Shown in pieces: positions 9,640 to 19,614 of a DNA stretch of 51,284 nucleotides (positions within the stretch are counted from its first letter, which is position 1; each line of letters starts with the position of its first letter). The translations under genes and the position numbers were made by a program. A model generated the notes under the pieces. That model made no database searches, was not told the origin of the DNA, and worked only from the letters and a program-made list of their open reading frames with translations. The DNA comes from Gemmatimonadota bacterium (GTDB lineage: Bacteria > Gemmatimonadota > Gemmatimonadetes > Gemmatimonadales > Gemmatimonadaceae). The stretch spans positions 1 to 51,284 of the forward strand of contig JAZJZK010000019.1 of the NCBI GenBank assembly GCA_040389905.1, read 5' to 3'.

Positions 9640-9714
9640 GCGTACCATCTTTCAACGACTCCGAACCCACTGGTACGACCCCGCTGATAGCGTACCATTT
9701 TTCAACGACTCCGA
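9640..9714. repeat. Two 25-bp direct repeats at 50-bp period
   Basis: GCGTACCAT(C/T)TTTCAACGACTCCGA at 9640-9664 and 9690-9714, one mismatch. Confidence 0.85.
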
Positions 9715-9861
9715 CCCGCCGTCGATTTCGCCGAAACCACGGCGAGCGGCCAGACACGCACCGGTGCGCCTAAACTGGCAACAACTCCGCTAAGTGCAAG
9801 GGCAAAGCCTCAGCGAGGCTGCGACGTTCATCCCGCGGGACGTGGAGTCCAACGGCTATCG

Positions 9862-11025
9862 TCAACCGGCCGTTCGCGTCGCTCCGAACTGCGTGATCAC
9901 CTTGCCGCGAAGCTCTTCGAGCGTCAGTCCTTCGAGTCTCGTACCCTTCAATCTGCTCTGGATTTCGTCGCGATCGTTGAGATGGTGATTGAAGACGAGC
10001 CAGTATGTAAGTTCGATCCCTGCCTGATTCAATGCGAACACCTGCGAGAGCCGCTCCGCCTTCGCCGCCATTTCTTCAAAATCCCCGCGGCTTGCGTCAA
10101 GCCTTCCTGATTTGCACTCGACGGCGAGAACCTTTTGATGCGAGCGCACCAGAAGGTCAAAGTCACCGCGCACCTTCCGAAGACCCTCCGCCGTTTCATA
10201 CCCGACCTTGGAGTACACCTCAAAGTCAAAATCGTTACGCTCCAAATGGTCCGCAACGATTTTGAGCGACACAGCGGTGAGCCAGTCACCGCTGACGAGC
10301 GTGGTGAGTTGGGGGACTGGGGCAAGCGCGAACATCAGCCGCACTCTAAACTTCTCCAGCAGCGCGCGTGCCTTCTTATCATCGATAGCGGCCCACGTCG
10401 AATCCCGTTTGACAAAAACCTCGCACCGAAATGTCTCGAGGATTCCGCCCGCGCGCAGTAGCGTGGCAATCTGGACTGCGGGAGCGACCTCGAATGTGGG
10501 GCTAAACTTGATCCACGGTCTGTTTTGAGTGACAGCCGTTCTGAATTCGTCCCAGTACGGGTGTCGGGAATCAAAGAGCTCCGCAATGACGCTCGCTCGA
10601 TCGAGATCCTCCTTCGCGAAGCGACAAAAGTCGATAAAGTTGAGCCCACCCCGATACATCGTTGACAGCGTCGGAGACTTGTCGATGAGGCTCTTGACTG
10701 GTGGCTCCTTGGCGGGAAGCCGACCTGCTGGCAACGCTGCCCAGACTGCTCTGCAATCCGACAGCGGGCGATCTCTGCGGCGGAGCACCAAGGGAACGAA
10801 GTCGCGATCCACCTCTTCGAGGAGCGCGGCCGCTTCAGCAATCAGCTCTCGCGCCCTTTCCAGGTTTCCTTTGGGTTTGGCGCCTATTTGAAGTGTTGAG
10901 AGAAACTCTTCCACGCGTACCCCAATGCGTCGTGTCGCGGTCACGATGTCCAATGAGTCAAACATCGAAGCTTCACTCATCACGTCTCGCCTCAGGTATG
11001 CGTTGAAATCAACCCCGTCACTCAC
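9862..11025 (-). CDS. Hypothetical protein with C-terminal PD-(D/E)xK nuclease-like domain (Card1/DUF1887-like)
   Basis: GDFDLLV...VLAVECKSG D...ExK motif preceded by SGDWL; looks more AT-rich than neighbours (not computed). Confidence 0.6.
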   Translation of the reverse strand: MSDGVDFNAYLRRDVMSEASMFDSLDIVTATRRIGVRVEEFLSTLQIGAKPKGNLERARELIAEAAALLEEVDRDFVPLVLRRRDRPLSDCRAVWAALPAGRLPAKEPPVKSLIDKSPTLSTMYRGGLNFIDFCRFAKEDLDRASVIAELFDSRHPYWDEFRTAVTQNRPWIKFSPTFEVAPAVQIATLLRAGGILETFRCEVFVKRDSTWAAIDDKKARALLEKFRVRLMFALAPVPQLTTLVSGDWLTAVSLKIVADHLERNDFDFEVYSKVGYETAEGLRKVRGDFDLLVRSHQKVLAVECKSGRLDASRGDFEEMAAKAERLSQVFALNQAGIELTYWLVFNHHLNDRDEIQSRLKGTRLEGLTLEELRGKVITQFGATRTAG

Positions 11026-11114
11026 CCAGATAATTTAGAAGGATTGACGCATGTAAAGCGACAAGACTCCGGACTTCGTCTCGTGCGGCAGCTCCTGTTC
11101 CAGGACGCGAGCTC

Positions 11115-12914
11115 CTAACGCAGCCCCGCGCGCCGCCGCATCAGCCACTCAGCGCACAACAGCAGCACGGCGAGCACATAGACCCAACCTGAATCGCGAA
11201 GGCGAGGCGCATCACCGAGCGCCGGCTCACCGCCCACGGCACCCGACGCCACGTCCGCTCGGCGAGGAATCAGCTCGCGCGACTGGTTGACGACCAGCAC
11301 CGAACTGCCACCGGAGGTCTTCGCCAGATAGATACCGGCTGGCAACGGCGGCGTTTCGGACGTGACCGCACCGGCATCGAAACGCACGGTGAGCGTGCGC
11401 TCCTGCGCCGTGCCATCTCGCCGCGTGAGGAGGACCGTCGCAACCGTATCCGCCGGTGCGCCACGGCGCCAGCGGACGGGCATGCCGGCGCGCAGCGCTT
11501 CGCCGTCGGGCACCACCGCGCGACGATCGGTGCGCCCGGCCGCAAGCCAATCGTAGAGCGAGCCGAAAAGCGCCGAATACGCGTCTGACCGCACGCCACC
11601 GCGAAAGCGCCAGCGCCACAGCCCCGATGCACCAAGCACCGCAATTCGTCGCGGCGATTCCCATCCGACGAGCGCGGGCCGACGATCGTCTGGAGAACCG
11701 CCACGGCGCGTGAGTAATCCCTGCCACTCCGACTTCGGCAGCAGCGTCGACACCGCGAGGGGCGGCAAACTGTCGAATGCGATACCGGCGAGTAGTGGTG
11801 CAATGGGCGAGACGGGCGCGGCAAACGCGAACCACTCGCCCTCCTCGGCCGCAGGGGGGGCAAAGAGGAGGAGCGCCCCGCGCGTCACCTCGCGGGGCGC
11901 ACCAAACACACTCGTATCCCCATGCAGGACGACGACCGGCGCATCCCGCACCGCGTCGCGCACAGACTTCTCCTCGGCACGCTGGAGACCTGCGTCGCTC
12001 CTCCACGTGCCCGGGGCGACGCGATAATACGCGCGCGTGGGCAATGAGGTGACACCTCGCAATGCGGCGACGGCTTCGCGCGCGTCGTAGTCTGGCGCGG
12101 TCGACACGAACACGGCCGCGGGCGCGCTCGTCACGTCCACGCCCAGCGCCAGCGTGTCGTTGCGCGGTTCGCGATCACCAGCCGAGCGGATGACGGCGCG
12201 CAGGATTGCGCCGCGCTCGACGCCCGTGGCGACGCCGCGAAGCGCGAAAACGCGCTCGCTCAACGGAGGGAGATTGGACAGCGACAGGGTGTCGAGCAGC
12301 GATTCGTCGAGGCGTAACTCCAAACGTCCCGCGCCGCTGCCGCCGCTCCCGCTGGCGATCGTTATATGGACGGCGACCGTGTCGCCGCTCAGGATCGCAT
12401 GAGGCGCATCCATGGACGCAATCGCGGCGTCCTGCGAGGGGGGGCGCGGGATCACGAGGGTGCGGGACCCGCGCGGCAGACCACTCAAGAGTTCTGGCTC
12501 GTCGAGCTCACCATCCGTGACGACGACCACAGGGCGCCCGGAGCCCGTCGCTGCGTCAACGACGGCGCGCACGCCAGACGCGCGATCCGCCGGCAACGCT
12601 GCCCGATCGGCACGCAGCGAATCGCCAAAGCGACGAACGCTGCTGCCGCCGATCTTGGACGCGGAATCGACTGCTGCGCGCCAGGCAGCGGTGTCGCCAC
12701 CGCGTAGCCAACTCTCCGATCCGTCCAGTGCGACATCAGGCGTCGGCGTGCTCGCTCGGCCGGCATAGGCGTTGAGCACGAGTGCGATGATGAGGATTGC
12801 GGCGACGCCGCGCAGCACGGCGAGCGGCAGCACGCGCGGCGCAAGGAGGCCGCGCCCGTACTGGAAGGCGGCGACGAAAGCGCCGGCGAGGAGTGCGATG
12901 AACCAGACGATCAT
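11115..12914 (-). CDS. Membrane-anchored VWA-like / Ig-like domain hypothetical protein
   Basis: Two N-terminal TM segments, LDGSES and VVVVTDG MIDAS-like motifs, LWRWR, C-terminal TM ending AEWLMRRRAGL. Confidence 0.7.
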   Translation of the reverse strand: MIVWFIALLAGAFVAAFQYGRGLLAPRVLPLAVLRGVAAILIIALVLNAYAGRASTPTPDVALDGSESWLRGGDTAAWRAAVDSASKIGGSSVRRFGDSLRADRAALPADRASGVRAVVDAATGSGRPVVVVTDGELDEPELLSGLPRGSRTLVIPRPPSQDAAIASMDAPHAILSGDTVAVHITIASGSGGSGAGRLELRLDESLLDTLSLSNLPPLSERVFALRGVATGVERGAILRAVIRSAGDREPRNDTLALGVDVTSAPAAVFVSTAPDYDAREAVAALRGVTSLPTRAYYRVAPGTWRSDAGLQRAEEKSVRDAVRDAPVVVLHGDTSVFGAPREVTRGALLLFAPPAAEEGEWFAFAAPVSPIAPLLAGIAFDSLPPLAVSTLLPKSEWQGLLTRRGGSPDDRRPALVGWESPRRIAVLGASGLWRWRFRGGVRSDAYSALFGSLYDWLAAGRTDRRAVVPDGEALRAGMPVRWRRGAPADTVATVLLTRRDGTAQERTLTVRFDAGAVTSETPPLPAGIYLAKTSGGSSVLVVNQSRELIPRRADVASGAVGGEPALGDAPRLRDSGWVYVLAVLLLCAEWLMRRRAGLR

Positions 12915-13039
12915 CGTGGGAAACTACGCGGTACGCGCGTTGCTATCAGCGGTCCGCTTCGCGCCGAATGCCGATACCGCGTCATTCGCCGAAACGCCCT
13001 GTCGTCGGAGTGCGGACGGCGGATTGCGGAAGGCTGCGT

Positions 13040-14320
13040 TCAGCGCTGCGCCAGGCGAACGATGCCAGAATTCCCCGTGAGCATGGCGAGCATCTTCTCA
13101 CGTTGGCCTTCGAAGGCCACGCGCTGATTTCGTTCGATGGGGTCGCCGCCGGTGGACTTGAGCGCCGTGCGCGAGTCGCGCTGCACGCCACCGACGAGCA
13201 CCTCGAAATGCAGGTGAGGCGCGGTGCTCAATCCCGTTGTACCAACGTACGCGACGGTCTGGCCAATGCCGACGCGCGAACCGGCGTGGATCCCCTTGGC
13301 GAATGCGCGCAGATGGCCGTACCGCGTGACGAATCCATTCCGGTGACGCAGTTCCAGGAGGTTGCCGTAGCCGCTCGACCACGTGGCGCGCATGACGACC
13401 GCGTCGCCAATGGCGCGCACGGGGGTCCCTGCGTTCGCCGCGTAATCGGTACCCTTGTGCGCGCGCCAGGTGCCGAGGATCGGGTGGAACCGATTGCCGA
13501 AGGTGCCGGAGATACGGCGGAATTCGAGAGGAGCGCGCAGGAACGCGGCACGCAGGGACTTGCCGGCCGAGTCGAAATACGATGCGGAGCCTCCGCCATT
13601 CTCGAAGCGAATGGCAGAGAGATTGGAGCCCGACAACATGAACGACGCGGCGAGCACCTTTCCGACTTTCGTCACGCCCTCCGGACCGACCGACCGTTCC
13701 ACGAGGGCATGAAATTCATCGCCATCCTGGAGGTCGCGGCTCATATCGACCTTGTAGTCGAAGATGTCCGCGAGTGCCCACGCCAGCTCGTCCTTTGCGT
13801 GGTCCGGAAAGAACGCCGCCGCACTCGAGTCCATCGCCTGATAGAGATTGGCGTGAATCGTTCCGCCGACGACCACGGTGTCGGTTGCCCAGGGCAGCCG
13901 CTCTTCCGTACCCGTCCACCCCTGCGCCGACCGCTTCATCCGAAGCAGGCGATCGATGCCGAGATGAAAAACCAATTCGTGAGGGGACTGCCCCTCGCTC
14001 TCGGAGGTCAGCTCGACCGGCATCCCCGCGCGCAGGTAGCGCGTGTTGACGGCGGACGCGGTGGCGGCGCGCACGACTTCCTGCGCCGCCTCGTTGCTGA
14101 CACCGGCCCGCTTGAGCAGCCCGATGAGCGTCTCACCCCGATTGAGCTCCACGCGGCGGCGTGAGAGCGGTTTCGGCGCTGACGATTCGAGGGCCGCGCC
14201 CTGCTGAAGGACCTGGGCCGCGGGACGTTCCTGCACTTCCGGCGTGAAGCGGAGTGCGATGACGAGCAGCAGCGCCACGACGACGTAGGTCGTGGCGCGC
14301 GCATAACTACGGGGCTTCAT
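13040..14320 (-). CDS. M23 family peptidoglycan DD-endopeptidase (MepM-like)
   Basis: HKGTD (HxxxD), YGHL, STAPHLHFE (HxH); N-terminal TM segment. Confidence 0.9.
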   Translation of the reverse strand: MKPRSYARATTYVVVALLLVIALRFTPEVQERPAAQVLQQGAALESSAPKPLSRRRVELNRGETLIGLLKRAGVSNEAAQEVVRAATASAVNTRYLRAGMPVELTSESEGQSPHELVFHLGIDRLLRMKRSAQGWTGTEERLPWATDTVVVGGTIHANLYQAMDSSAAAFFPDHAKDELAWALADIFDYKVDMSRDLQDGDEFHALVERSVGPEGVTKVGKVLAASFMLSGSNLSAIRFENGGGSASYFDSAGKSLRAAFLRAPLEFRRISGTFGNRFHPILGTWRAHKGTDYAANAGTPVRAIGDAVVMRATWSSGYGNLLELRHRNGFVTRYGHLRAFAKGIHAGSRVGIGQTVAYVGTTGLSTAPHLHFEVLVGGVQRDSRTALKSTGGDPIERNQRVAFEGQREKMLAMLTGNSGIVRLAQR

Positions 14321-15534
14321 CAGTCCATCTGTCTCCGAATGAAGGTCGGGATCTCCATATCGCTGAGATCCGACCCGCCACTCGGTGCCGGCGGTGGCGC
14401 GGCAGGGCGAGGAGCTCGAGGGATGTCGTTGTTCGGCCGCGAAACGATGGGCGTCGGCGGAGGGACAGCGACGCGCGACGTGCGGTTGGGGAATGGAATG
14501 ACTGGCGCGCCTTTCGGCAGCGCGACGTTCGTCGGCGTGTCGTGAGCGGGCGTGACGAGGCCGGGCTGTACAGCCTTGTCGAAGCCCGTCGCGATGACCG
14601 TGACGCGAATCTCGCCCTGCATTGCCGGCTCGTGCACCGCGCCGAAAATGATTTCGGCGTCGTCACCGACCGCGTCGTGAATGATTTCGTTGATCTGGTG
14701 CACTTCACCAAGCGTGAGGTCCGCTCCGCCGGTGATGTTGACCAATACGCCCATGGCGCCCGAGATGCTGATGTTGTCGAGCAGCGGGCTCGAAATGGCC
14801 TGCTGCGCCGCTTCCATCGCGCGATTCTCGCCGCGGCCGATACCGGTGCCCATGAGCGCGGAACCGCCGCTTTCCATGACCGTGCGCACGTCGGCGAAAT
14901 CGACGTTCACGAGACCCGTGACGCTGATGAGCGACGAGATACCCTGCGTCGCATGCAGCAGCACCTCATCGGCCTTCTTGAGCGCATCCTGGAATGGGAT
15001 GCCTTTGCCGACGACGGCGAGCAGACGCTCGTTCGGCACGACGATCATCGTATCCACGTGCTTCCGCATTTCGGCAATGCCCTGCTCCGCCTGCCGCATG
15101 CGCTTACGGCCTTCGAAGAGGAAGGGCCGCGTGACGATGCCGACCGTGAGCGCGCCCTGCTCCTTCGCGATCGCGCAGATTTCCGGCGCAGCGCCCGTTC
15201 CGGTGCCGCCGCCCATTCCGCACGTGATGAACACGAGGTCGGCGCCGGCGACGGCTTTCGCCATCTCCTCGCGACTCTCGTCGATGGCCTGCTTGCCGAC
15301 TTCCGGCCGCGCACCGGCGCCGAGGCCGCGCGTAAGCTTCTTGCCGATCTGGATCTTGAGATCGGACTTCGAACTCAGGAGCGCCTGCGCGTCCGTATTG
15401 ACCGAGATGAACTCGACCCCCTCGAGACGCTCGTCGATCATGCGGTTGACGGCATTGCCGCCACCACCACCGACGCCAACAACCTTCATGCGAGCGTTCT
15501 GCTGGGCGCTCTCTTCGTCGAATTCGAAGATCAT
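14320..15534 (-). CDS. ftsZ: Cell division protein FtsZ
   Basis: [18 protein letters not shown] tubulin signature, NVDFAD, C-terminal [13 protein letters not shown]. Start moved to ATG 15534 after SD AAGGGGAG. Confidence 0.98.
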   Translation of the reverse strand: MIFEFDEESAQQNARMKVVGVGGGGGNAVNRMIDERLEGVEFISVNTDAQALLSSKSDLKIQIGKKLTRGLGAGARPEVGKQAIDESREEMAKAVAGADLVFITCGMGGGTGTGAAPEICAIAKEQGALTVGIVTRPFLFEGRKRMRQAEQGIAEMRKHVDTMIVVPNERLLAVVGKGIPFQDALKKADEVLLHATQGISSLISVTGLVNVDFADVRTVMESGGSALMGTGIGRGENRAMEAAQQAISSPLLDNISISGAMGVLVNITGGADLTLGEVHQINEIIHDAVGDDAEIIFGAVHEPAMQGEIRVTVIATGFDKAVQPGLVTPAHDTPTNVALPKGAPVIPFPNRTSRVAVPPPTPIVSRPNNDIPRAPRPAAPPPAPSGGSDLSDMEIPTFIRRQMD

Positions 15535-15720
15535 GTCGTACGACACTCCCTTGCTACGTAGTGTCAGATTGGAAGGCGCATCGACGCGCACATTGCGTCG
15601 GCACAGATCGCCCGAAGCGATGGGGCAATATAAGTCTTCGGATGGCTCAGGCCAGCCCTTTTCTCTGCAAAAGATTGACGATCGAACAGCAAAAAGAGTA
15701 CGCGCGATTTTCGAGGTGAG

Positions 15721-15729
15721 TTGTCCACA
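15721..15729 (+). promoter_or_regulatory. Possible DnaA box upstream of ftsZ
   Basis: TTGTCCACA, one mismatch to TTATCCACA, in the ftsA-ftsZ spacer; single copy. Confidence 0.35.
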
Positions 15730-15805
15730 AATTCAACGCTACATCACTTTTATGATGTCCGCCTTCCGGCGTCGCGTGAATCCCTCGAAAAAGCGAAACC
15801 GATCA

Positions 15806-15905
15806 AGGAGCGGATCACTCGGATGCAACGGAAACAACCTGACGATGACGTGAGAGAAGCCGTTTGATCCGGCCGTTTCCGTCGCATCCGTTCCAATCCG
15901 CTCCT
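15806..15905. repeat. Long bipartite hairpin in the ftsA-ftsZ spacer
   Basis: AGGAGCGGAT (15806-15815) pairs with 15896-15905; CGGATGCAACGGAAAC (15820-15835) pairs with 15875-15890, one mismatch. Confidence 0.8.
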
Positions 15906-15966
15906 CAAATCTCTCGAGCAATGAATACGCGCGTCTGCTCGACGCGGCATCCGTACGACTGAAGAC

Positions 15967-17232
15967 TCAGAAAAAATCTTGAAGCCAAAATTTTATGCGC
16001 TCGATGATCTTGTCCATTCCCGCGCCGCTGCCCGGCATCTTTCGCCGGCGCGCGCTCGCGGAGGCGCCGCCGAGTGCCATGCGACTCGCACCGTACTGCG
16101 CCAGCCCCACCACAGTCCCGAACTGCGGCGCGTCGACGGAATCGCTCAACCCTCCAATCGATTCAGAGGGAGATCCCACGCGGACCCCAGTGCCGAACAC
16201 GTCGCTGGCAAGCTCAGCGCTTCCCTGCATCTGCGCCGCACCACCCGTGAGCACCACGCCCGCCGCGAGCTTGTTGGCGAAACCCGCCGAGGATACCTCG
16301 CGCTGCACCATATCGAAAATCTCGTCCATCCGCTGATGGATGATGTGCGCCAGCAACTCTCGCGGAATCTGGCGGTCGCCCTGCGCCACAGTGCTCGGCA
16401 GCGGAATGATCTCACTCGGGTCGACGAGGGACTCGAACGCGCAGCCGTGCCGTTCCTTGAGCCGCTCGGCGTCGGCCTGTGTGACGCCCAGGCCGTGTAC
16501 GATATCCGACGTGACGTTATTCCCCCCGAACGCGATCGTCCCGAGATGTCGAATCTTCCCCTCATGGAAGACGGCGAGGTCCGTGGTCCCTGCACCCATT
16601 TCCACGAGCGCCACACCCAGCTCTTTCTCGTCTTCCGTCAGGACGGCGAGCGCGCTGGCGAGTGGCTCCAGTACCAATTCCCGAACCTTGTACCCCGCCT
16701 TCTCCACGCTCTTCCGCAGGTTGATCGCGGGGGATGAACCAATCGTGACGAGGTACATCTCCGTCTCGAGCCGCGTTCCGCTCATGCCGATCGGATCGCG
16801 AATGCCGGTATCCTTGTCGACGGTGTATTCCTGCGGAATAGCGTGCAGCAGTTCGCGATCCTGCGGAATGGCCTGCGCGCGGGCGACTTCGTTGGCACGA
16901 TCGACGTCGGACTTGTTGATCTCGTCGTTGCTCACCGCGACGATGCCCTTCGATGTCATCGCTCGCACATGCTCGCCGGCGATGCCGCAGTACACCTCCG
17001 TGATCTCGGCGCCCGCCATGCGTTCGGCATCCTGCAGCGCCTTCCTGATCGATCGCGTCGTTTCCTCGATGTCGGAGACGACGCCCCGCCGCATCCCCGT
17101 GGTTCGTGCCTGGCCGACGCCAAGCACCTTGATGGTGGGGTGCTTGGGCAGGTCACCGACGACTTCGGCGATGATGGCGGTCGTCTTGGCCGAGCCGATG
17201 TCCAAGCCGGCAACGAGGCGGTCCGAGTTCAT
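15967..17232 (-). CDS. ftsA: Cell division protein FtsA
   Basis: GLDIGSAK, EMGAGTTD, GVVLTGG actin-fold motifs; position in dcw cluster. Confidence 0.97.
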   Translation of the reverse strand: MNSDRLVAGLDIGSAKTTAIIAEVVGDLPKHPTIKVLGVGQARTTGMRRGVVSDIEETTRSIRKALQDAERMAGAEITEVYCGIAGEHVRAMTSKGIVAVSNDEINKSDVDRANEVARAQAIPQDRELLHAIPQEYTVDKDTGIRDPIGMSGTRLETEMYLVTIGSSPAINLRKSVEKAGYKVRELVLEPLASALAVLTEDEKELGVALVEMGAGTTDLAVFHEGKIRHLGTIAFGGNNVTSDIVHGLGVTQADAERLKERHGCAFESLVDPSEIIPLPSTVAQGDRQIPRELLAHIIHQRMDEIFDMVQREVSSAGFANKLAAGVVLTGGAAQMQGSAELASDVFGTGVRVGSPSESIGGLSDSVDAPQFGTVVGLAQYGASRMALGGASASARRRKMPGSGAGMDKIIERIKFWLQDFF

Positions 17233-17960
17233 GGCAGTCTGGCGATCACTTGGTCGCGGTAGCGGAGATCGAGCTCGACGACGCGTTGTTGGCGACGCGC
17301 GATGTCGTGCTCGACGGGTTCGATGTCGGAGAGACGCGCGAGAGTGACAGAGGTCATCGCTCGCACGCGAAAGCCGGCGAGGTGAAAGATGATCTCATCC
17401 GCTCCCGCGCGAGAGATGCTGCTGATCCTGGCATACAGGCGAGGCGCCTCACGCTGCATGGCGCCTAGCAAATGATACACCGCGGTATCGCTCGTCGTAC
17501 TCATGACGATGGGCGCGTCGAGCGGGGTGCGGCTCGGGTCGAGCGGCAGGAGACGCCCGGTCTCATCCACGGCAGTCAGTCCACCGCGTGCGGATACCAG
17601 CGCCACGGGTCGGCGCTCCAGCAATTCCACGACGAGCGTTCCCGGGAATTTTCGCGTAATGATCACGCTTGCGACTTGCGGGTGCGTCTCGACCCGCGCG
17701 ATGAGTGGACCGAGCGGATCCCACATACTGCGCATGGTATCGACCTGCAATCGCGCAAGCACCTCGGCGGCAGGTGTGTATCGTGCCCCGAGGACCTCGA
17801 TCTTTCGCACGCGAAAAAAGGCCAGCGGGCGAAGGGCCATCGGGCCCCACAGCGGGGACGAGAGCAGTGCCGCGAACACCACCGTGCCGACGATCATCGT
17901 CCAACGCGGGCGTTTCGGTTGCGCCGGGGCAACGGCCGCCGCGGTCTCGGTGTCCGTCAC
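17229..17960 (-). CDS. ftsQ: Cell division protein FtsQ/DivIB
   Basis: Single TM, POTRA-like region (RKFPGTLVVELLER), C-terminal LDLRYRDQV; lies between murC and ftsA. Confidence 0.9.
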   Translation of the reverse strand: MTDTETAAAVAPAQPKRPRWTMIVGTVVFAALLSSPLWGPMALRPLAFFRVRKIEVLGARYTPAAEVLARLQVDTMRSMWDPLGPLIARVETHPQVASVIITRKFPGTLVVELLERRPVALVSARGGLTAVDETGRLLPLDPSRTPLDAPIVMSTTSDTAVYHLLGAMQREAPRLYARISSISRAGADEIIFHLAGFRVRAMTSVTLARLSDIEPVEHDIARRQQRVVELDLRYRDQVIARLP

Positions 17961-19342
17961 GCGTGCGCCGCACGAAGTGCAGCGAGGAGCTCCGGGCCAG
18001 AGCGTGTAACGTCTCCCGCCCCCATGGTGATGATGAGGTCCGCCGGCCGCGCCAGCGCCGCAAGCGTCGACGCAAGCGCCTCTCGGCCGCCGTGCCAGTA
18101 CGGCGCTTTGCCGATCAGGGACATCGCGTCGGCGATGAGATCACTCGTCACTCCGGCGATCGGCTGCTCGCGCGCTGGATAGATATCGAGGAGGCACACG
18201 ACGTCCGCCTCGGCGAGCGCTTCCGCAAAGTCGCGCGCGAAGTCACGTGTTCGGGAAAAGAGATGAGGCTGGAAGGCCACGATGAGCCGTCGATCCGGAG
18301 CCGCGGCGCGCGCCGCCTGGAGGGACGCACGAACTTCGGTCGGGTGATGGGCATAGTCGTCGACGACGATGATGTCGCCGCACTCACCCAGATACTGGAA
18401 GCGCCGCTCGACCCCCTTGAATGCCGCGATGCCGCGCGCGAGGTCGGGCAGCGTGAATCCGAGTGCGAGACCGACGCCGACCGCCGCGAGCGCATTGCGC
18501 ACACTGTGCTCTCCCGGCACGTTGAGCGACACATCGCCGAGCGTTTCACCGTCGAAGGTCACGGTGAAGTGAGTGCCCACGCCCTCGCGCACGAGGTTGG
18601 TCGCACAGAGACGCGCGTCCGCCGAGGAAATGCCGTAGCGGATGACCTCCGCGCTCGCCGGCGTGGCCAGGACGTTGGCTTCCGCATCATCGGCACAGAG
18701 TACGACATAGCGCGCACCGCGAATGTACTGTGCGAAGGTGCGACGCAAATCGTCCAGATCGGCGTAGATATCGAGGTGGTCGGCTTCGAGATTCGTGACG
18801 ACAGCGACGGTCGGGTCGAGCGCGAGAAATGACCGGTCGTATTCGTCGGCCTCCACGACGAACCGGTCGTCCCGCCCTGGACGAAGATTGCCGTTCCACG
18901 ACGTGATCCGGGCGCCGACATATCCCGTGGGGTCGAAGCCCGCGGCCACAAGCGCTTCCGTCGTCAGAACGGTGGTCGTGGATTTTCCGTGCGTGCCGGC
19001 GACACCGACGAGGGTTGTGCCTCGCGTCGCCTCACCGAGCGCCTCGGCGCGACGGACAACGGGCACGCCGAGCTCATCGGCACGCATGAGCTCCGGATGG
19101 TTCTTCGGCATTGCCGATGTGACCACGAGCGCGCGCGCCTCTGCAACGTGCGCCGGGTCGTGCCCCTGCATCACCTCGATACCGCGCTCGCGGAGGCCCC
19201 GCGCATTCTCGGCGTGCGCGTCACACCCGGACACGCGAACGCCACGCAGCACGAATAATTCCGCCAATGCGCTCATTCCCGCGCCGGCGATGCCGACGAA
19301 GTGGATTGGCCGCGGATCAGTGGAGTCGAGAAGTGAAGTCAT
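17957..19342 (-). CDS. murC: UDP-N-acetylmuramate--L-alanine ligase
   Basis: HFVGIAGAGMS, GTHGKSTT, VEADEYD, DDYAHHPTE, FQPHLFSRT. Confidence 0.97.
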   Translation of the reverse strand: MTSLLDSTDPRPIHFVGIAGAGMSALAELFVLRGVRVSGCDAHAENARGLRERGIEVMQGHDPAHVAEARALVVTSAMPKNHPELMRADELGVPVVRRAEALGEATRGTTLVGVAGTHGKSTTTVLTTEALVAAGFDPTGYVGARITSWNGNLRPGRDDRFVVEADEYDRSFLALDPTVAVVTNLEADHLDIYADLDDLRRTFAQYIRGARYVVLCADDAEANVLATPASAEVIRYGISSADARLCATNLVREGVGTHFTVTFDGETLGDVSLNVPGEHSVRNALAAVGVGLALGFTLPDLARGIAAFKGVERRFQYLGECGDIIVVDDYAHHPTEVRASLQAARAAAPDRRLIVAFQPHLFSRTRDFARDFAEALAEADVVCLLDIYPAREQPIAGVTSDLIADAMSLIGKAPYWHGGREALASTLAALARPADLIITMGAGDVTRSGPELLAALRAAHA

Positions 19343-19391
19343 TGCGCGCGCGGAATATACGTCGCGTGCTATCTCCGTGCCGACGAGCGAG

Positions 19392-19458
19392 TGTCACCCC
19401 GAGCGAGCGAAGCAGCCTGCCCTCGAGGAGCGCAAGGGACGAAGGGAGGGATGTGCAC
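19392..19458. repeat. Family A left half-element
   Basis: TGTCACCCCGAGCGAGCGAAGCAGCCTGCCCTCGAGGAGCGCAAGGGACGAAGGG matches 1180-1234. Confidence 0.88.
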
Positions 19459-19614
19459 CTTTGGTCCGATCCGGCTCGCGCGTTGGACGGGATCGACCGC
19501 CAACGCGAGCCAAAACGACCCAGGCCTCGAAACCCTTCGTCATTGGGGCCTGCCTGGGAGCAACTCGCGTGCGCGGCGCTTGACCATGTCGGGACACGCG
19601 CGCAAGTATCAACC

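Noticed and set aside
9640..9714. Mini CRISPR array
   Set aside because: Only two repeats, the spacer pairs with flanking sequence, and no cas genes are present.
15806..15905. 6S RNA or another known ncRNA
   Set aside because: Too short and no recognisable conserved motifs; kept as an unexplained hairpin.
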